Below, piece after piece: positions 19,808 through 27,872 of a DNA stretch of 64,000 bases. The stretch spans positions 128,001 to 192,000 of the forward strand of contig CAWGBN010000008.1 of assembly GCA_963820825.1 (NCBI GenBank), read 5' to 3'. A program made the position numbers and the translations under genes. Origin of the DNA: Vulcanimicrobiota bacterium (GTDB lineage Bacteria > Vulcanimicrobiota > Vulcanimicrobiia > Vulcanimicrobiales > Vulcanimicrobiaceae). The notes under the pieces are model-generated. The model made no database searches. It was given only the letters and a program-made list of their open reading frames with translations, and had not been told where the DNA came from. Numbering within the stretch: the stretch's first letter is position 1; every line of letters starts with the position of its first letter.

Positions 19808-21078
19808 GCGGGACGGACGAGGGTCCAAATCAGGATCGCGTTGAGCGTTAGAATGATCGCGGTGGCCGCGACCGCTAGAACGCTAACCCAGCGCGCGTTC
19901 ACCATTCTCCCCATGGTGCCGGTGCGCGCCGTAAAGAATACCAGCGCGATCACCGGCACCGGCAGCACGAAGCTCAGGACGACCTGGCTGACGATGAGCG
20001 TCTGCGTCACGTTCAAGCCGAGCGCGACGACCGCGACGGCCGGAAGCATCGTCACGAACCGGCGCAGCCAGAGCGGCACCGTGAATCCCACGAAGCTCTG
20101 CATGACGACTTGTCCGGCCATCGTTCCCACGACGGAACTCGAGATGCCCGAGGCCATGAGGGCCACGAGAAAGACGACTGCCGCGAGGTTTCCCAGCAGC
20201 GGCGTCAGCGTTCGATAGGCGGTCGTAATATCGGCGACGTTCGTATGGCCGGTCGCATGGAAGACCGCGGCGGCCATGTACATCATCGCGATATTGACCA
20301 GGCCGGCGATGGTGAGCGCGATAAGGACGTCGATGTGGGAGAAACGCACGATCGCGCCGGCCTGGCGTGAATTCTCCGGCACGACGCGCTCGGCGGTCAG
20401 CGCGGAGTGCAGATAGATCGCATGCGGCATAACCGTCGCTCCGACGATACCGACGGCGATCAGGACGCTGGACGATCCCCCGAGCCACGGCACGACCGAG
20501 TGATAGGCCACGAGCGGCCAATTCGGCCTGGCGAGCACCGTTTCGACGATATAGCAGATCGCCACGACGGCGACGAACCCTCCGATGAGCGCCTCCATCG
20601 TGCGAAAACCGTAGCGGTGAAGTGCGAGAATCGCATACGTCACGATCGCCGTGATGACGGCGCCGGCGAGCATCGGAATGTGAAAGAGCAGATAGAGGGC
20701 CACGATCGCGCCGAGAAACTCGGCGAGATCGGTGGCCATCGCACCGAACTCGCTGACGATCCACATCGCATAGCCGACCGGCTTTGGCGCGTGCGCGCGG
20801 GCGAGTTCGGCGAGGTTCTTCCCGGTTGCGATGCCGAGTTTCGCCGAGAGACTTTGGAAGAGCATCGCCATCAGGTTGGCGAGCACGACGACCCAGAGCA
20901 GGCGATAGCCGAAGCCCGCGCCGCCTTGAATGTTCGTCGCGAAGTTTCCCGGATCGATGTATGCGACCGACGCGACGAAGGCGGGCCCGGTGAAGGGCAG
21001 CAGCGCTCGCCAACCGCGCCGGTTTCCCGCAAGCGCGTCGCGCGCCGCGGCGACGACCTGCTCGCTGCTCGAGCCCAC
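19804..21078 (-). CDS. mntH: Nramp-family Mn2+/Fe2+ transporter
   Basis: YIDPGNFATN, GATVMPHAIYLHS, GTMAGQVVM, SQVVLSF. Confidence 0.95.
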   Translation of the reverse strand: MGSSSEQVVAAARDALAGNRRGWRALLPFTGPAFVASVAYIDPGNFATNIQGGAGFGYRLLWVVVLANLMAMLFQSLSAKLGIATGKNLAELARAHAPKPVGYAMWIVSEFGAMATDLAEFLGAIVALYLLFHIPMLAGAVITAIVTYAILALHRYGFRTMEALIGGFVAVVAICYIVETVLARPNWPLVAYHSVVPWLGGSSSVLIAVGIVGATVMPHAIYLHSALTAERVVPENSRQAGAIVRFSHIDVLIALTIAGLVNIAMMYMAAAVFHATGHTNVADITTAYRTLTPLLGNLAAVVFLVALMASGISSSVVGTMAGQVVMQSFVGFTVPLWLRRFVTMLPAVAVVALGLNVTQTLIVSQVVLSFVLPVPVIALVFFTARTGTMGRMVNARWVSVLAVAATAIILTLNAILIWTLVRPA

Positions 21079-21085
21079 GCCGTAG

Positions 21086-21778
21086 CTACGGTCCAAGACG
21101 CACCATTGCCGCATGCGCGCGGCGGACGGCGACGAGACGTTTCCCGCGGCGCACGAATAAGCGGTCGCCCTCCGCGCGTTCGACGCGTACCCGCGCACCG
21201 GGGAGCAGACCCGATTCGGCGAGCGTAGCGACCGCGTCTTCGTCGCGATCGTCGAGGCTGAGCACGCGAGCGCTGCTCCCCACCGCGAGGGTCGCCAAGC
21301 TCGGCAGCGGCTTGCGCCGCGGAGTCGAGTCGCCGTAGGGAATCGGATGACCGTGCGGATCGGAGCGAGGATGTCCGAGAAGCTCGGCGATTCGCAGTGC
21401 GACATCGTCGGAGATGACGTGTTCGATGCGCTCCGCTTCGGCATGAATTCGTTCCAGCGGCATGCGCAACGCGCGGTGGAGAAACGTCTCGAGCAACCGG
21501 TGGCGGCGAACCATCGCAACGGCGAGCCGCTCGCCGCGCGCGCTCAATTGCAGCGGCTCCGACGGCGCGCGCTCCTCGAGCAACCTGTGGGCCTCCAGGA
21601 GACGCTTCGCCTTGCTTACCGAAACGCGGCTGACGTTTAAGTAACGTGCCAACGCGGCCGCGCGGACCGGAGCGCCCGCACCGAGTTGGTAGATCGCCTT
21701 GACGTAGTCTTCGCGGGCACGAGCCGGCGAGCGATCGGAGCCGACGGAGAGCAGCTCGGCACCTAATTTGTTAGCCAT
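21086..21778 (-). CDS. mntR: DtxR/MntR-family metal-dependent repressor with FeoA domain
   Basis: EDYVKAIY, RRHRLLETFL, HAEAERIEH, DPHGHPIP, C-terminal FeoA-like domain. Confidence 0.9.
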   Translation of the reverse strand: MANKLGAELLSVGSDRSPARAREDYVKAIYQLGAGAPVRAAALARYLNVSRVSVSKAKRLLEAHRLLEERAPSEPLQLSARGERLAVAMVRRHRLLETFLHRALRMPLERIHAEAERIEHVISDDVALRIAELLGHPRSDPHGHPIPYGDSTPRRKPLPSLATLAVGSSARVLSLDDRDEDAVATLAESGLLPGARVRVERAEGDRLFVRRGKRLVAVRRAHAAMVRLGP

Positions 21779-21801
21779 GGGTAACGCTAACCATGGTTAA
21801 C
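21770..21801. promoter_or_regulatory. Tandem palindromic DtxR/MntR-like operator over the mntR start
   Basis: Adjacent 16-bp near-palindromes GTTAGCCATGGGTAAC and GCTAACCATGGTTAAC (7 of 8 pairs each). Confidence 0.7.
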
Positions 21802-21841
21802 AGTTGTTAGAGCGCGCGAACGCCTCCTGCTCTGCGTTCTT

Positions 21842-22031
21842 GCCTAGGAGCCGATTTTTCTCAGTTCAAGGAGCCGCGTGCCCGAAGTTTACTATGGTAA
21901 ATGAGGGCCGAGGCGACGATGAAATGTGCCTAGAACCTGATTTGGTTCAGTTCAAGGAGCCGCGTGCCGAAGTTTACTATGGTAAATGAGGGCCGAGGCG
22001 ACGATGAAATGAGCCGAATCAGGTTCTAGGC
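21842..22031. repeat. Tandem pair of MITE-like elements (86-bp period); second copy has terminal inverted repeats
   Basis: ~65-bp core at 21861..21926 and 21947..22011 differing by one indel; copy 2 bounded by GCCTAGAACCTGATT...AATCAGGTTCTAGGC. Confidence 0.8.
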
Positions 22032-23393
22032 GGGGGCGAAGTGAGATTCGTCGCCGTACGGCAAGAACAGCGTGTACTCGCGCTGGAAGCGCAGCTTCAC
22101 CGTACCGGTCGGACCGTTGCGATGCTTGGCGATGATGAACTCGGTCAGATCCGGCTCCTGGGTTTCGGGGTTATAGTAGCCGTCGCGGTAGAGAAAGGCG
22201 ACGACGTCGGCCTCTTGCTCCAACGAACCGGAATCTCGCAGATCGGCGAGCATCGGCCGCTTCTCGCTGCGAATCTCGACGCCGCGATTGAGCTGCGCGA
22301 GCGCGATGATCGGAACGCCGAGATCTTTCGCCGTCGCCTTGAGCGAGCGGCAGATCTCCGATAACTCTTCGTTCCGGTTGACGTTGCGTGCGAGAACGCC
22401 CGGACGCAGAAGCTGCAGGTAATCGATGAAGATCGCCGAGAGTCCGACCGTCGACCTCAATCGCCGGCATCGGCTGCGTACGTCGCTGATCGTCAGCGCG
22501 CCGAGATCGTCGAGGTAGATCGGAAGATCGTTGATCGCGCCCATCGCGCGCGAGATCTCCTCCCACTGATGCGCCTTGATATTACCGCGGCGCATGTCGT
22601 TCATCGAGATGCGGGCTTCGGAGCAGATCAACCGCTGAATCAGTTCGTTATTCGACATCTCCAGCGAGAAAAAGGCGATCGGGCCGCCCTCGACGCGGGC
22701 TGCGGCGACGGCCATGTTGAGTGCAAACGACGTCTTGCCCATACCCGGCCGCGCTGCAACGATCACGAAGTTGCCCGGCTGGAAGCCGGTGGTCATCACG
22801 TCGATGTCACGGAACCCCGAAGTCAACCCGGTCCGGTCGCCGCGGATGTGATAGAGACGATCGATGTGGTCGAAGGCGTCCTTCATGAGGCGGCTGACCG
22901 GCATGAACTCGGTAACGCCGCGCCGCTCGCCGATGGAGTAGACGAGTTGCTCGCAGCGATCGAGCGCGCCGGGCACGTCTTCTTCGCCCTCGAATCCGCA
23001 CTGCGTGATCTCCGTTCCGGCGTGGATCAGCGATCGCAGGACCGACTTTTCGCGAACGATCGTCGCGTAGTAGCGAGCCGACGCCGCGCTCTGCACCGTC
23101 TCCATCAGCGCGCTGATGTACGAGAGTCCGCCGACGCGCTCGAGCGCACCCCGCCGGCGCAGCTCCTCGCCGATCGAAATCTTGTCGAGCGGCTCGCCGT
23201 GTTCGTAGAGATCGAGCAACACGGCGAAGATCGTTTCGTGCACGTGCGCGTAGAAGTCGGAGGGCCGGATGATCTCGCCGACGGCGGCGAAGATCTCGCG
23301 GTCGACGAGGATCGAGCCGATCACGGCCATCTCCGCCTCGAGATTGCTCGGGGGAATGCGATCGATCGGCGTCGGTAGAGGTTGAGCTGTCAT
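22026..23393 (-). CDS. dnaB: Replicative DNA helicase
   Basis: PPSNLEAEMAVIG, AARPGMGKT, FFSLEMS, IDYLQL, LAQLNR, DLRDSGSLEQEAD, AKHRNGP. Confidence 0.97.
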   Translation of the reverse strand: MTAQPLPTPIDRIPPSNLEAEMAVIGSILVDREIFAAVGEIIRPSDFYAHVHETIFAVLLDLYEHGEPLDKISIGEELRRRGALERVGGLSYISALMETVQSAASARYYATIVREKSVLRSLIHAGTEITQCGFEGEEDVPGALDRCEQLVYSIGERRGVTEFMPVSRLMKDAFDHIDRLYHIRGDRTGLTSGFRDIDVMTTGFQPGNFVIVAARPGMGKTSFALNMAVAAARVEGGPIAFFSLEMSNNELIQRLICSEARISMNDMRRGNIKAHQWEEISRAMGAINDLPIYLDDLGALTISDVRSRCRRLRSTVGLSAIFIDYLQLLRPGVLARNVNRNEELSEICRSLKATAKDLGVPIIALAQLNRGVEIRSEKRPMLADLRDSGSLEQEADVVAFLYRDGYYNPETQEPDLTEFIIAKHRNGPTGTVKLRFQREYTLFLPYGDESHFAPA

Positions 23394-23469
23394 CGGCGTC
23401 GACCCGCTGTCCGGCAACCCGGCGGTGAACGCCTTGTGGGCCGCTTGTGCATAGCTATGAAATTATGCG

Positions 23470-23500
23470 AGCAGTGTGCCACACGTGGTGGCACACTGCT
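23470..23500. other. 13-bp perfect inverted repeat between lonC and dnaB
   Basis: AGCAGTGTGCCAC-ACGTG-GTGGCACACTGCT; no U-tract; adjacent to minus-strand CATAAT (23467..23462). Confidence 0.6.
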
Positions 23501-23503
23501 GCG

Positions 23504-25444
23504 TCACGAGGCGCGCCGGCGATGGCGCCTGGTCGCCAAGTCCCCCAAGACTTGCTCGACGTTGGCGACCGGAACGATCTCCAACCCGGCAAGCGGCGAA
23601 TCGACTTCGCGCGCGTTCTCTTTCGGCAGCAAAACGCGGTGCATACCCGCCTGACGCGCAGCATAGAGTTTTTCGACGACGCCGCCGACGCCGCGAATCT
23701 TTCCTTGAATCGAGAGCTCTCCGGTGACGGCGACGTCCTGCGGAAGCGCCGTCCGCGTCACAGCCGAATAGAGCGCGAGAAAGATCGCAAGCCCCGCAGA
23801 GGGACCGTCGATGTTCCCGCCGCCGACGACGTTGATATGCAGATCGTATTCGGCAATGTCGGTCCCGGTGACGGCGCGCAGTACGCTGGTCGCGTTGAAG
23901 ACCGAATCTTTAGCCATCGATCCGGCCGTGTCGTTGAAGCGAATCGTTCCCTTCCCCGGTTGCGCCGCCGGAAAAGCGACCGCCTCGATCTCGATGATGC
24001 TGCCGAGGTGATGCAAGACGCCCAGTCCGAAGCTCTTGCCGATCTCGCGCCGCGCGCGGCCCTTTACCTGCGTGTGCTGCACGAGGCGGCTCGTCTGCAC
24101 GACGGCGCGGACGTCTTCCTCGAGGATTGAGGGGCGCTTCGGCTTCTCGGAGCGACGGCCGGGATGAAGCCGATAGAGCGCCTGTCCGTAGGCATCGGCA
24201 ACGATCTGCACGGCTTTGCGTCCTTCGATCGTATACGACGCGATGAGCTTGGAGACGGCGCGCGTTGCGCGCGCGCCGAGGCGTTTGATCGCGCCCTGCA
24301 CGATCTCGAGAACTTGGCTCTGGGTGAGCGGTTCGAAAAAGATCTCGGCACATCGCGAACGGATCGCCGGATCGATGTCGTCGGGCTCGCGCGTGGTCGC
24401 ACCGATCAGAATGAAATCGGCGGGTGCTCCCTCGCGGAAGAGGCGTTTGACGTACTCGGGAACGTTCGGCGCGCTCTCGTCGTAGTACGACGACTCGAAG
24501 GTCACGCGCTTATCTTCCAGCACCTTGAGCAGCCGCGCTTGCAGCGAGGGATCCATCTCGCCGATCTCGTCGATGAAGAGCACGCCGCCGTGCGCGCGGG
24601 TCACCAGCCCGAGCTTCGGTTCGGGGACGCCGGCATCGGCGAACTCCTTGCGGCTGCCTTGATAGATCGGATCGTGCACGCTGCCCAGCAGCGGATTGAT
24701 CGTTTCGCGCGGATCCCAGCGCAGCGTCGTGCCGCTCGCCTCAACGAACGGCGCGTCTTTGGCAAAGGGCGTGTGCGGCCGCGCCTTCGCGACCTCCAAG
24801 ACCAACCGCGCGACGGTCGTCTTCCCTACACCCGGCGGCCCGTAAAGAATCGCGTGCTGCGGATAGGGAGAGCTGATCTTTGCCAGGAGCGCGCGAATCG
24901 CGGCCTCTTCGCCGACGACGTCGCGCAGGCTCTGCGGACGCAGCTGCGCGAGGGCCGAGGCTGCGAGCGTTCGTTGGGAGAGTGCGTTGAGTTCCTCGAG
25001 CTTCGTTTGCGAGGCAGGCGTCTCGGGACCGCCCGTCTCGCGCAGCGCCTCCCACTTGAGATCCTTGACGTACTCCTGATGGCGTTCGGCCATCTTCTCG
25101 TTGACGCGCCGCTCGATCGAATCTTCGGCGTGGCGCTGCGCGATGACGTCGGCCATCGCCTCCTCGATCTCCGCAAGCACTTTACGCTGCTGCGCGCGGG
25201 TCGTTGCGCGCTCGCGGGTCGGATCCTCAAAGACGAGACGCTGGAGGCCGCAAAGCCGATCGGGGAGATTCTGCGAGCGCATCATCTTGAGCGCGTTGAC
25301 CTTACCGGCCCGCAGAACGACTTTGTCCTGGCCCAGCACCGATCCGAGCATCTCGTAGAGCGCGCTGACGTACCGGCTCAGTTCGTCCTCGACACCGAAT
25401 TTGCGACGAAACCGCGTCGCGTAGACCTGTCCGGCGTTCGCCAC
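23504..25444 (-). CDS. lonC: LonC-type ATP-dependent protease
   Basis: YGPPGVGKTT, LRWDPRE..NPLLGSVHDPIYQG, LFIDEIGE, Lon protease IDGPSAG; rplI-lonC-dnaB order. Confidence 0.9.
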   Translation of the reverse strand: MANAGQVYATRFRRKFGVEDELSRYVSALYEMLGSVLGQDKVVLRAGKVNALKMMRSQNLPDRLCGLQRLVFEDPTRERATTRAQQRKVLAEIEEAMADVIAQRHAEDSIERRVNEKMAERHQEYVKDLKWEALRETGGPETPASQTKLEELNALSQRTLAASALAQLRPQSLRDVVGEEAAIRALLAKISSPYPQHAILYGPPGVGKTTVARLVLEVAKARPHTPFAKDAPFVEASGTTLRWDPRETINPLLGSVHDPIYQGSRKEFADAGVPEPKLGLVTRAHGGVLFIDEIGEMDPSLQARLLKVLEDKRVTFESSYYDESAPNVPEYVKRLFREGAPADFILIGATTREPDDIDPAIRSRCAEIFFEPLTQSQVLEIVQGAIKRLGARATRAVSKLIASYTIEGRKAVQIVADAYGQALYRLHPGRRSEKPKRPSILEEDVRAVVQTSRLVQHTQVKGRARREIGKSFGLGVLHHLGSIIEIEAVAFPAAQPGKGTIRFNDTAGSMAKDSVFNATSVLRAVTGTDIAEYDLHINVVGGGNIDGPSAGLAIFLALYSAVTRTALPQDVAVTGELSIQGKIRGVGGVVEKLYAARQAGMHRVLLPKENAREVDSPLAGLEIVPVANVEQVLGDLATRRHRRRAS

Positions 25445-25448
25445 GCTC

Positions 25449-25895
25449 TTACGCCGGTACGACGTTGACCGCCGTCTTCGCGATGACGTTCTTGTGGAGC
25501 TTGATCTCCACCGGATACGAGCCGAGCGCTTTGATCTGCCCGGAGAGCTCGATCTTATGTTTGTCGAGACCGACCGAGAGCACCGCTGCGATTGCTGCCG
25601 CCACGTCGGCGTTGGTCACCGCACCGAAGAGCTTCCCGGTCTCGCCGGCTTTCGCGCGGATGGTCAGAGTCGCCGATTCGATGCGCGCGGCGAGCGCTCG
25701 CGCGTCGGCAAGCTCTTGCGCCTCGCGCCGGGCGTTCGCCTTGTGCTGCGCGTCGAGCTGCGCGAGCGCCCCTCTGTCGGCCTCGCCGGCAAGCTTGCGC
25801 GGGAGCAAAAAGTTGCGAGCGTAGCCGTCGGCAACGTCGACGACGTCGCCGCGTTTGCCCAACGCCTTCACGTCGGTAAGGAGAACGAGCTTCAC
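25449..25895 (-). CDS. rplI: 50S ribosomal protein L9
   Basis: LGKRGDVVDVADGYARNFLLP, KLFGAVT. Confidence 0.97.
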   Translation of the reverse strand: MKLVLLTDVKALGKRGDVVDVADGYARNFLLPRKLAGEADRGALAQLDAQHKANARREAQELADARALAARIESATLTIRAKAGETGKLFGAVTNADVAAAIAAVLSVGLDKHKIELSGQIKALGSYPVEIKLHKNVIAKTAVNVVPA

Positions 25896-25902
25896 GCCCG
25901 GG

Positions 25903-26154
25903 CTACTCCGAGCCGAAGGGCAGAAAGGCGATCAGCCGCGCGCGCTTGACGGCCGTCGTGAGCATCCGCTGGTGTTTGGCGCAGTTCCCCGAGATGCGCC
26001 GCGGCACGATCTTGCCGCGCTCGGAGACGTACTTCTTGAGCCGCCCGACGTCGCGGTAGCTCACCGCGATCGACCGCTCGGTGCAGAAACTGCAGGGCTT
26101 ACGTTTGGTGCGCCGCTCCTTCGGAGCGCGCTTCATCTTCATCTTCGGTGGCAT
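25903..26154 (-). CDS. rpsR: 30S ribosomal protein S18 (Zn-binding C+ type)
   Basis: [36 protein letters not shown]. Confidence 0.97.
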   Translation of the reverse strand: MPPKMKMKRAPKERRTKRKPCSFCTERSIAVSYRDVGRLKKYVSERGKIVPRRISGNCAKHQRMLTTAVKRARLIAFLPFGSE

Positions 26155-26292
26155 TGGTCTTCCTTTCGACTAGGTGGTTAACGGTTGCCGGCCTTGCCTA
26201 AGGCCGAAAACCCTAGCCAGGTGGAGCGGCAGAAGTCGCGCCACCACCGCCCTTCGGCTACGCTCGCGATGAGCCGGCCGGGGCGGATTTCC

Positions 26293-26306
26293 GGAACGTA
26301 TGTTCG
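26293..26306. promoter_or_regulatory. Putative LexA box (GAAC-N4-GTTC type)
   Basis: GGAACGTATGTTCG (minus strand CGAACATACGTTCC) in a divergent intergenic region. Confidence 0.55.
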
Positions 26307-26470
26307 GTGGGGCCGGGGCGACTCCTCCGGGTCCGAGGGCGTGGCGCGACGGCTCGTCTTGGTGTATAGTAGGTTGGTTACCCAGGTTTCGAAGTCCGCG
26401 AAGTTCTCACTGAGCGAATCGGATCCGGAGAACAATATCATCAAACCCTCTTAGGAGATTCGCTCGATCC

Positions 26471-26764
26471 ATGTATACAGACGAAATGCTCACGTGCGTT
26501 GACTGCGGAGCGCAGTTCCCCTTTACCGCCGGCGAGCAAGAGTTCTTCGCGATGAAGGGCTTTACCAATAAGCCGAGCCGTTGCACCGACTGCCGCGCCG
26601 CCCGCAAGGCGGGTCGCAGCCCGAACGGCGGCCGCGGTATGGCACGCGAGATGTTCAAGGCAACCTGCAGCCAGTGCGGCGGCGTTGCCGAGGTCCCGTT
26701 CCAGCCGCGCGGCGATAAGCCGGTCTACTGCCGCGACTGCTTCAGCAGCCGGCGCGCATACTAG
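26471..26764 (+). CDS. Zinc-ribbon + CxxC-x17-CxxC domain protein
   Basis: LTCVDCGAQFPFTAGEQEFF..KGF.NKPSRCTDCR and REMFKATCSQCG..AEVPFQPRGDKPVYCRDCF. Confidence 0.9.
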   Translation: MYTDEMLTCVDCGAQFPFTAGEQEFFAMKGFTNKPSRCTDCRAARKAGRSPNGGRGMAREMFKATCSQCGGVAEVPFQPRGDKPVYCRDCFSSRRAY

Positions 26765-26794
26765 CTACTCGCCGCTTAGCGAACGACTAGTTCG

Positions 26795-26823
26795 AAAGAG
26801 CCTGCCTCGGCAGGCTCTTTTTT
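26795..26823 (+). terminator. Intrinsic terminator
   Basis: AAAGAGCCTGCC-TC-GGCAGGCTCTTT followed by TTT. Confidence 0.85.
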
Positions 26824-26881
26824 GTCTCCGCGCCAAATCGCCAAGACGTCCTCAAACGATATCGGCGCGAAGTGGAGCGGC

Positions 26882-27724
26882 ATGGATCGAATCTCTAGGT
26901 ACGGCACGGGCATCGGGCTCGCGCTGATTCATCTCGGTGCGCTTGCGGCCTTCATCCCGGCGTTCTTCCGCCTCTCGGACCTGATCGTCTTTGCAATTGT
27001 GTCGTATTGCACGGGGGTTCTGGGCGTTACGCTCTGCTACCACCGCGTGTTGACGCATCGGAGTCTGCGGCTACGCAAGCCGCTCGAATACTGCTTCGCA
27101 CTCTTCGGAACGCTGGCGCTGCAAGGCGATCCGATTCGGTGGGTTGCGGTTCATCGCAAGCATCACGCCCACGCCGATCACGACGGCGATCCCCACAGTA
27201 TCGGGCTCGGCTTCAAATGGGCCCACGTCGACTGGCTCTACCGCCACAACATCGCCTATCCGTCCCCCGAGGAGATCGCGCGCTACGCGCCCGACCTCTC
27301 CGCCGACCCCTTCTACCGCGCGCTGGCCCGCCTGGCCTTACCCTTGCAGCTCGCCTTCGCGGCCGCGCTCTTCTTCCTCGGCGGCTGGGCCTGGGTCGTT
27401 TGGGGAGTCTTCCTCCGTCTCGTCTTCTGCTACCACTCGACCTGGTTCGTCAACAGTGCCGCGCACATGCTGGGGTACCGTACCTATCGCACCAGCGATC
27501 GCTCGACGAACTGCTGGTGGGTGGCCCTGCTCTCGTTCGGCGAGGGCTGGCACAACAACCATCACGCCTTCCCGTTCTCGGCCCGGCACGGCCTGAGCTG
27601 GTTCGAGATCGACGTGACGTGGTGGCACGTCCGGCTGCTTGCCTTCCTACGCCTCGCCGACCGGATCCGCATTCCCAGCGAAATCACACGCCGCCGCCTC
27701 GCGTACGCAAACTCGCGTTCGTGA
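26882..27724 (+). CDS. Delta-9-type membrane fatty acid desaturase
   Basis: His boxes YHRVLTH, HRKHH, GEGWHNNHH; DGDPHS. Confidence 0.93.
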   Translation: MDRISRYGTGIGLALIHLGALAAFIPAFFRLSDLIVFAIVSYCTGVLGVTLCYHRVLTHRSLRLRKPLEYCFALFGTLALQGDPIRWVAVHRKHHAHADHDGDPHSIGLGFKWAHVDWLYRHNIAYPSPEEIARYAPDLSADPFYRALARLALPLQLAFAAALFFLGGWAWVVWGVFLRLVFCYHSTWFVNSAAHMLGYRTYRTSDRSTNCWWVALLSFGEGWHNNHHAFPFSARHGLSWFEIDVTWWHVRLLAFLRLADRIRIPSEITRRRLAYANSRS

Positions 27725-27758
27725 GGTATACTCTCGGGACTCGACGAAGGGAGGCCCC

Positions 27759-27866
27759 ATGAAGAAGCCACGCGCGCGATACGAGCGCCCCGATTTTCAA
27801 GAGCATCCGCTCGGCGCCGAGGTAACGGCCTACCTTTCGGCACCGTTGCGCGATCCGAAGCTCTAA
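27759..27866 (+). CDS. pqqA: PQQ precursor peptide (35 aa)
   Basis: MKKPRARYERPDFQEHPLGAEVTAYLSAPLRDPKL with ExxxY motif (EVTAY); GGGAGG RBS; TATACT at 27727..27732; first gene of the pqq cluster. Confidence 0.9.
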   Translation: MKKPRARYERPDFQEHPLGAEVTAYLSAPLRDPKL

Positions 27867-27872
27867 GCCCAA

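Noticed and set aside
21842..22031. CRISPR array
   Set aside because: Only two ~65-bp units, no unique spacers of regular length and no cas genes; the terminal inverted repeats fit a MITE better.
26780..26794. Second LexA box CGAAC-GACTA-GTTCG
   Set aside because: Spacer is 5 nt rather than 4, and it lies in a 3' UTR.
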